Below are positions 57,266 to 60,983 of a stretch of DNA of 60,983 nucleotides, piece after piece; the first letter of the stretch is position 1, and the number at the start of each line of letters is the position of its first letter. The translations under genes were made by a program, and so were the position numbers. The stretch spans positions 499 to 61,481 of the forward strand of contig JADFYJ010000016.1 in assembly GCA_015233115.1 (NCBI GenBank), written 5' to 3'. This stretch comes from Candidatus Omnitrophota bacterium. GTDB taxonomy: Bacteria > Omnitrophota > Gorgyraeia > Zapsychrales > Zapsychraceae. The notes beneath the pieces are model-generated. The model searched no databases and had not been told where the DNA came from. It saw nothing but the letters and a program-made list of their open reading frames with translations.

Positions 57266-59008
57266 TTAATCTTTAAATTTTGGTTCATTTTTCGTTTCGT
57301 CCGGGCTTGTGGCGATTACTTTACCTTGCCATTCGCCCTTCGCCTGCAAATATCTTAATGAATCTTCGACTATTCTTTGAAATACTGGCGCGCTGACTGT
57401 ACCGCCGTAATAACTCGGATGCGGCTCATCATATACCACAATGCAGGCCAAAAGCGGGTTATCCGCCGGGGCAAAACCCATAAACGTCGCATAAAATTTA
57501 CTGTGCGTATACTGGCCGTTTTCTACTTTTTGAGCGGTTCCAGTTTTTCCAGCAACTCGAATACCTTTGATCTTCGCTTTTGTCGCAGTACCACGCTCCA
57601 CAACTCCGACCAAAATTTCCGTCATCCGGCGGGCAATATCCACGCCGATCACGCGCTCTTCCGCTTGCGGTTCAAATGATTTAATAACTTTATTGTCCGC
57701 ATCCCGTATAGCCTTGACGACGAACGGTTTCATATAAACACCATCATTTCCTATTGAAGCGATTGCGGATACCAATTGCAAAGGCGTCACAGTGACTTCT
57801 TGCCCAATCGGGATCGCGCCTATAGAAGTTTTAGACCATAAACGGGGCGGCTTCACCATCCCGCGTACCTCCCCTTTTAGATCGATTCCCGTCGCTCTCC
57901 CAAACCGGAATTTCTGTATATATTCATAAACTTTATCTGGTCCGACCTTTTGAGCAATCTTGGTGACACCAATGTTGCTGGACACTTCAATGACTTGTTG
58001 AAAAGTTATAATTCCCGACGGGTGATGATCATGCAAAATGTGATTCCCTACTTTGTACTGACCATTTTCACAATTTATTTTATCCGTTTCCGTGAACACT
58101 CCTTCAGACAAGGCCGCTGACGCGGTTACGATTTTAAAAACCGAGCCTGGTTCATACGTAAAACTGATCGCCCGATCCGTCCGGCTGGCTACGTCGCTTT
58201 GGGCATACGCGGAAAGGTCATAAGTCGGCCGGTTGGCTAATGCCAGAATTTCTCCGGTTCTCACATTCATCACAATAGCTGATCCGCCTTTGGCATTGTT
58301 TTTGCGATAACCTTCTTCCAAGGCTTTTTCAGCAATATATTGGATTGTCTCGTCGATGGTTAACTCAATGGAATTTCCATTTTTAGGCACTAAATATTCA
58401 TCGTCAATCTGCAGTTCTCTCAAACGGGCATCCCGCAAAACATTCATCCAGCCCGCAGTCCCTTTCAACTCATTGTTAAATTGTAATTCCACCCCTTCCA
58501 TCCCCTGGTTATCCACACTCGCAAAGCCAAGGATGTGAGACGCTAAATACGCGTTAGGATAAAACCGTTTCGATTCTTTTCGAAATCCGATGCCATGGAT
58601 TTTAAGCGCTTTAATCTTTTCTGTTACATCCCAATCCATCTTCCGTTTTAACCATATAAAATAACGGCTCTTGGCTAAATGATCATCGATGTATTCTGTC
58701 GACTCACCCATCAAACCCGGAAGCTCTGCCCTGGCCCGGACTTTATCAGCTTCTTTCATCTGCCGGGTATTGGCGAAGACGGAATAAACAGTCGTATTGA
58801 ATGCTAAGGGACGGAGATTTCGATCATAAACAGTGCCGCGGATAGGCTCCAAATCAACCATATGACGCTGTTGCCGGTCAGCCATTTCCGTAAGGTAAGA
58901 TGAACTAAAAGCATAGAGGAGAATGAGGCGGATGGCAAAATAAATGAACAGGCTGATTAAGCCTAAGAAAATAACGCCAAACCTTATGACATATCTTTGA
59001 TTATGCAC
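57266..59008 (-). CDS. ftsI: Class B PBP transpeptidase FtsI/PBP3
   Basis: RGTVYDRN, R.YP, G.EG.E, EPGSVFK (SxxK), SSN, KTGTAQ. Confidence 0.94.
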   Translation of the reverse strand: MHNQRYVIRFGVIFLGLISLFIYFAIRLILLYAFSSSYLTEMADRQQRHMVDLEPIRGTVYDRNLRPLAFNTTVYSVFANTRQMKEADKVRARAELPGLMGESTEYIDDHLAKSRYFIWLKRKMDWDVTEKIKALKIHGIGFRKESKRFYPNAYLASHILGFASVDNQGMEGVELQFNNELKGTAGWMNVLRDARLRELQIDDEYLVPKNGNSIELTIDETIQYIAEKALEEGYRKNNAKGGSAIVMNVRTGEILALANRPTYDLSAYAQSDVASRTDRAISFTYEPGSVFKIVTASAALSEGVFTETDKINCENGQYKVGNHILHDHHPSGIITFQQVIEVSSNIGVTKIAQKVGPDKVYEYIQKFRFGRATGIDLKGEVRGMVKPPRLWSKTSIGAIPIGQEVTVTPLQLVSAIASIGNDGVYMKPFVVKAIRDADNKVIKSFEPQAEERVIGVDIARRMTEILVGVVERGTATKAKIKGIRVAGKTGTAQKVENGQYTHSKFYATFMGFAPADNPLLACIVVYDEPHPSYYGGTVSAPVFQRIVEDSLRYLQAKGEWQGKVIATSPDETKNEPKFKD

Positions 59009-59056
59009 GGTGAAACGATTCTTAAGCGAATAGAAAAGTTAGAGGTTAGATTAAAA

Positions 59057-59416
59057 TTATTTCTTAATACCATTATTCAGCATACTTAAAAGTGAACCCG
59101 CCAGGTCTTTTTTTTCCGGGGCAGCAGGTTCCGCCGCGGTTGCCACTGGCACGCTGGAAACAGTAATCACATTGGCCTGATCAACAAATTTCATATCCGA
59201 TTTATCAGCAAAAATTTTATCGCCGATATAATTGGCGGATTTTAAATGCAGAATCGCGTAACGCATGTTGCCGTTAGTTTCTGATAATTCTTTGATGCGC
59301 TGGTCTTGTCTCTCTTGAATATAAGCGTTGTCAATGATGCTCATCTGCATATGAATGTAGATTAACGCTAAAAACGTCAGAAATCCAACCCATTTGACGA
59401 ATTTAAATAAATTCAT
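59057..59416 (-). CDS. ftsL: FtsL-like cell division protein
   Basis: Small TM plus coiled-coil protein located between rsmH and ftsI. Confidence 0.65.
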   Translation of the reverse strand: MNLFKFVKWVGFLTFLALIYIHMQMSIIDNAYIQERQDQRIKELSETNGNMRYAILHLKSANYIGDKIFADKSDMKFVDQANVITVSSVPVATAAEPAAPEKKDLAGSLLSMLNNGIKK

Positions 59417-60342
59417 TAATTTCTTTCTGCGGCGCGCAATTTCGCGCTGCGGGACCGCGGATTACCTTGGGCCTCTTCGTCGGAGGGGGTCAAAGGTTTC
59501 TTGGTCAAAATTTGTAAATGACCCGCTAAAGCTTCTTCTTTAAAAATATTTTTTACGATCCGGTCTTCCAAAGAATGAAAAGAAATCACCACGATCCGTC
59601 CACCGCGCTTCAACCTCGGAATCAACGCTCTTAAACCTATATTCAACACATCCAATTCCTGATTAACGGCAATACGAAAAGCTTGAAAAGTTCTGGTTGC
59701 TGGGTGAATCTTCTGCCATGCCCGGCCCGGCGGCATTGCTTTACTGACCACCCGGCGGAGATCTTCTGTCGTCGCAATCGGCGCAATTGCCCGGTGATAA
59801 CAAATTGACTTCGCGATCCGTTTACTGAAACGGTCTTCGCCATATTCCCTGATAATGCGCTCCAACTCCGCCTCTGGCAAAGAATTCACCAATTCATAAG
59901 CGGAAACGGGCCCTTGGCTATTCATACGCATATCCAACGGCCCATCACCTTTTATGCTGAAGCCCCGAAGCGCTTCATCTAACTGATAACTGGAAACCCC
60001 CAAATCCAGCAGAGCCCCATCTATTGTCTGCTCCCCCCGAGCATTCAAAATCGCGTCAATATTTTTAAAATTATCATGAACAAAAACACAGCGGTCTTTA
60101 TAATCCACTAACCGCTTTTGGGCTTGATCTAACGCCCCTAGATCCTGGTCGATAGCGATTAGACGGCCACTCCCCCCTAATGACTTTAAAATCATTTCGG
60201 CATGACCGCCTAATCCTAGCGTACCATCAACGTAAACTCCCCCCGGAGTTACAGATAAAAACTCGCAAACTTCTTTCGGCATGACTGATACATGTCCGAA
60301 GAGTGCCTCCCCCCGAGTCGAGTTTTTATCATTAATATCCAA
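59416..60342 (-). CDS. rsmH: 16S rRNA m4C1402 methyltransferase
   Basis: DGTLGLGGH, DLGVSSYQLD, PLDMRM, HPATRTFQA.RIAVN.EL, SFHSLEDR, NPRSRSAKLR. Confidence 0.97.
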   Translation of the reverse strand: MDINDKNSTRGEALFGHVSVMPKEVCEFLSVTPGGVYVDGTLGLGGHAEMILKSLGGSGRLIAIDQDLGALDQAQKRLVDYKDRCVFVHDNFKNIDAILNARGEQTIDGALLDLGVSSYQLDEALRGFSIKGDGPLDMRMNSQGPVSAYELVNSLPEAELERIIREYGEDRFSKRIAKSICYHRAIAPIATTEDLRRVVSKAMPPGRAWQKIHPATRTFQAFRIAVNQELDVLNIGLRALIPRLKRGGRIVVISFHSLEDRIVKNIFKEEALAGHLQILTKKPLTPSDEEAQGNPRSRSAKLRAAERN

Positions 60343-60373
60343 TAGCTTTATCCGATATGCGCGTCATTCGCAT

Positions 60374-60811
60374 TTATAGATCGATCATACTTTCAGCAAT
60401 TTGTTCAAACGACTCATTCGACGCAGCATAAAAAGTATCCCAGGTCTTACGATCCCAAATCTCAATGCGATTAGATACCCCAATCAACACTGTATCTTTA
60501 TCAATCGCGGCATAATCTTTTAAATATTGCGGAACTATAAAACGCCCTTGTTTGTCAGGAATCGTATCTACGGCTCCGGAAAAAAACAAACGGTTAAACA
60601 TACGCGTTTCTTTTTTCGTAAATGGCTTAGCCCGGAATTTTTGTTCCTGAATGCGCCATTCTTCTTCCGTAAACATAAAAACGCATTTATCCAGCCCGCG
60701 TGTAAGAAAGAACTTTTCAATGCCATGCTCAGTACAAGTTTCCCTGAACTTGGAGGGGAGGATGATGCGTCCTTTTTCATCTAAACTGTGTCGAAATTCA
60801 CCGTAAAACAT
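60374..60811 (-). CDS. mraZ: Transcriptional regulator MraZ
   Basis: MFYGEF.H.LDEKGRI..P, DKQGR...P, RIEIW. Confidence 0.97.
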   Translation of the reverse strand: MFYGEFRHSLDEKGRIILPSKFRETCTEHGIEKFFLTRGLDKCVFMFTEEEWRIQEQKFRAKPFTKKETRMFNRLFFSGAVDTIPDKQGRFIVPQYLKDYAAIDKDTVLIGVSNRIEIWDRKTWDTFYAASNESFEQIAESMIDL

Positions 60812-60836
60812 AGTTTTTGAAATCTCTTCCTTTAAA

Positions 60837-60899
60837 CCACTTTACTCCACATCCCCCCACCACGTATTCAAATATACTCACCGAGCCCTCCCTTGTCAA
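60837..60899 (-). promoter_or_regulatory. dcw promoter with three MraZ-type GTGG boxes
   Basis: TTGACA (60899-60894), 17-nt spacer, TATATT (60876-60871). GTGG at 60860, 60850 and 60840, an exact 10-bp period. Confidence 0.85.
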
Positions 60900-60983
60900 T
60901 AAAAAAATGTGGAGAAATTATATTTCCAAAAACGATTTTAAATTATTTAAGGGAGTGACACTGATGATCATTGGAAAAAAACC

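Noticed and set aside
1113-60784. Remaining short ORFs (60-150 aa) overlapping annotated genes
   Set aside because: They are antisense or alternate-frame shadows of confidently assigned genes, with no recognisable motifs.

Overview
Bacterial chromosomal segment with almost all genes on the minus strand. The gene mix suggests a PVC-superphylum organism such as Candidatus Omnitrophota; this is an inference only. Reading right to left in transcription order: (1) a dcw cluster, mraZ-rsmH-ftsL-ftsI-murE-murF-mraY-murD-ftsW-murG-murC-ddl-ftsQ-ftsA, with no murB or ftsZ, interrupted by an AbiF-like HEPN gene with an upstream structured RNA, a wHTH-MNT/HEPN pair and a peptidase, and followed by an AAA+/DUF4143-type gene; (2) housekeeping genes including a U32 protein, trpB2, ychF, gnd, zwf, rhomboid, SPFH, dinB, phospholipase D, glgP, a Pif1 helicase, purU and xseAB; (3) tRNA-Arg(UCG), gcvT-H-PA-PB-lplA and glycosyltransferase genes; (4) an ExeA/secretin/TPR module ending at an apparent inversion breakpoint near position 245. 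The most unusual content is intergenic: a three-copy 123-157 bp structured element with an exchangeable apical hairpin that folds best on the strand antisense to the genes, several families of inverted 7/8/9-mer tandem arrays sitting just after stop codons, a GTAG-type REP doublet, and 20-bp palindromes nested in other repeats. No transposase, integrase or CRISPR array is visible. All family assignments come from motif recognition by eye, not from database searches.
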